From the NCBI GenBank assembly GCA_043810775.1, contig JBDRNU010000007.1:5050-69049 (forward strand): DNA of 64,000 nt, given 5' to 3'. Position numbers and translations under genes: made by a program. Source of the DNA: an archaeon (GTDB taxonomy: Archaea; Nanobdellota; Nanobdellia; Pacearchaeales; GW2011-AR1). The notes below the pieces were generated by a model that was given only the letters and a program-made list of their open reading frames with translations, searched no databases and had not been told where the DNA came from. Shown here one piece after another: positions 63,015 through 64,000 of the stretch. Each line of letters begins with the position of its first letter. The stretch's first letter is position 1.

Positions 63015-63686
63015 TTAAATGTTTTTATAATCTAAGTAAGATACAACACCCCTCGCTGCTCCTAGAATCTCTTCTTTGCTTCTTAAGTCAATAGAGTGAA
63101 GTACAGAAACAGCGTATCTTAGTTCATCAGAATCAAATTGCCTGGCAATATCTACTCTATTTATAGGATACTCCCCAGAATTATAATAACCCTTTATTGC
63201 TAAGAACATAAATGCATGCTTAAACTGCTTCCAGAACTTATCTCTTATTTTTTCAGTTGACCAGTAGCTAGTATTAGCAAGTGCGCTTTGAAGCCTCCTC
63301 CTAACTTTTTCAAGTCCAGATGTATAAATTTTTTTAGTAGTCTCTCTTGAAGGTAGTTTCGCTTTTAAAACTAAATCCTCTCCAAATAATGTTCTGCTCC
63401 TGTATCTATTAGTAAAATCAAAAGTTGTATTTTTTGGACCTATAAAGTGCTCTTTTGTAAGTGGAGTAAGCAGGAAAGTGTCATCAAGTTCAGATTCAGA
63501 CAATATATCTTCAATAGCTGGAAGATGAACTTCAGGATTATTTTCAAATATTAATAAAATATCATTATCACTTCTTCCTTGCATAAAGGGATCATTAGTA
63601 GCTATAGAGCCAGTAGCTATCATGGAAATATAGTCTTTAAATTTTAAACAAAGTCTAGTATTCAATCGCTGTAATTCTGAATTCAT
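63015..63686 (-). CDS. Nucleotidyltransferase-domain protein
   Basis: 223 aa. ATGSIATNDPFMQGRSDNDILLIFEN (GS...D.D NTase motif). Confidence 0.6.
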   Translation of the reverse strand: MNSELQRLNTRLCLKFKDYISMIATGSIATNDPFMQGRSDNDILLIFENNPEVHLPAIEDILSESELDDTFLLTPLTKEHFIGPKNTTFDFTNRYRSRTLFGEDLVLKAKLPSRETTKKIYTSGLEKVRRRLQSALANTSYWSTEKIRDKFWKQFKHAFMFLAIKGYYNSGEYPINRVDIARQFDSDELRYAVSVLHSIDLRSKEEILGAARGVVSYLDYKNI

Positions 63687-63905
63687 AGCTTATCTATTTT
63701 TTTAAACTTTTTAATTATTACTGTGTTTATATGGAAATTTTATCTGCAATAATCTGTAGGCCTTTAGAATTGTACTTTTCCTAGTTTCAGCTGGCTTCTG
63801 AATCTCCAATAACTGAAATAACTGCTATTTCAATTAAAATATAGTAAGGTTTTTAAGCTTGCTCATTTATTGATTTCTATCACCCCAAAGTATATTCAAG
63901 TTAAA

Positions 63906-64000
63906 ATGGAAACATTTGACTATTTTCCAGCAGTTGAATTATCAATTCTCGCAGAAGCATCAAGAGATATTTCAACTAGAGAGCATTTAAGGAATTTAGA
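63906..64000 (+). CDS. Start of an ORF running off the window end (METFDYFPAVELSILAEASRDISTREHLRNL...)
   Basis: ATG at 63906, open to the window end. Too short to assess. Confidence 0.3.
   Translation, partial: METFDYFPAVELSILAEASRDISTREHLRNL

Noticed and set aside
63687-63905. Short reading frames in the 220-bp spacer (for example …KPAETRKSTILKAYRLLQIKFPYKHSNN*)
   Set aside because: There is no ATG/GTG start in frame after the preceding stop, and the frame is shorter than 35 codons with nothing recognisable. It is treated as a promoter/spacer region.
1-64000. CRISPR arrays, rRNA genes, transposases, integrases or obvious prophage structural genes
   Set aside because: I scanned the intergenic regions and ORF translations. 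I saw no regularly spaced direct repeats, no rRNA-like GC-rich blocks longer than the tRNAs and short elements listed, and no DDE/tyrosine-recombinase/capsid-like motifs.

Overview
AT-rich (by eye about one-third G+C), gene-dense archaeal chromosome segment. No rRNA, CRISPR array, transposase or integrase was seen. The gene content and protein style suggest a small-genome DPANN-type archaeon; this is inference only. The supporting traits are archaeal-type aaRSs, thermosome, L10e/L35Ae, Elp3, intron-bearing tRNAs without encoded CCA, lysine-rich tails and many lineage-specific ORFs.

Housekeeping genes:
- TrpRS, ThrRS (archaeal editing domain) and GluRS
- an MTAP-APRT fusion
- Elp3
- PEP synthase with a long acidic tail
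- ribosomal proteins uL16(L10e) and eL33(L35Ae)
- thermosome
- AbrB-PhoU regulator
- CBS proteins
- thioredoxin
- an OB-fold SSB

Three tRNAs are present. tRNA-Gly(GCC) is intron-less. tRNA-Tyr(GUA) has a 60-nt canonical intron. tRNA-Val(UAC) has a 34-nt non-canonical D-loop intron and lies directly downstream of a free-standing LAGLIDADG endonuclease gene.

Most notable regions:
1. A divergent two-operon type IV filament locus (2.1-13.6 kb). It has a FlaI-like ATPase, a split FlaJ/TadBC-like platform, a FlaH/KaiC-like ATPase and six class-III-signal pilin-like genes. One of these is a 1094-aa vWA/LamG adhesin-like subunit. Both ATPases share a lysine-tail plus ~37-aa N-terminal module.
2. A translationally coupled HTH / GHKL(MORC-like) ATPase / tandem-repeat-protein cassette (22.7-25.8 kb) of unknown function.
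3. A B12-radical-SAM / flavin-reductase cluster with a divergent covalently duplicated Lrp regulator.
4. Three short GC-enriched, hairpin-rich intergenic elements bracketed by direct repeats at gene 3' ends (about 2.0 kb, 31.8 kb and 49.3-49.5 kb).

All functional calls come from motif recognition by eye. No searches were run.
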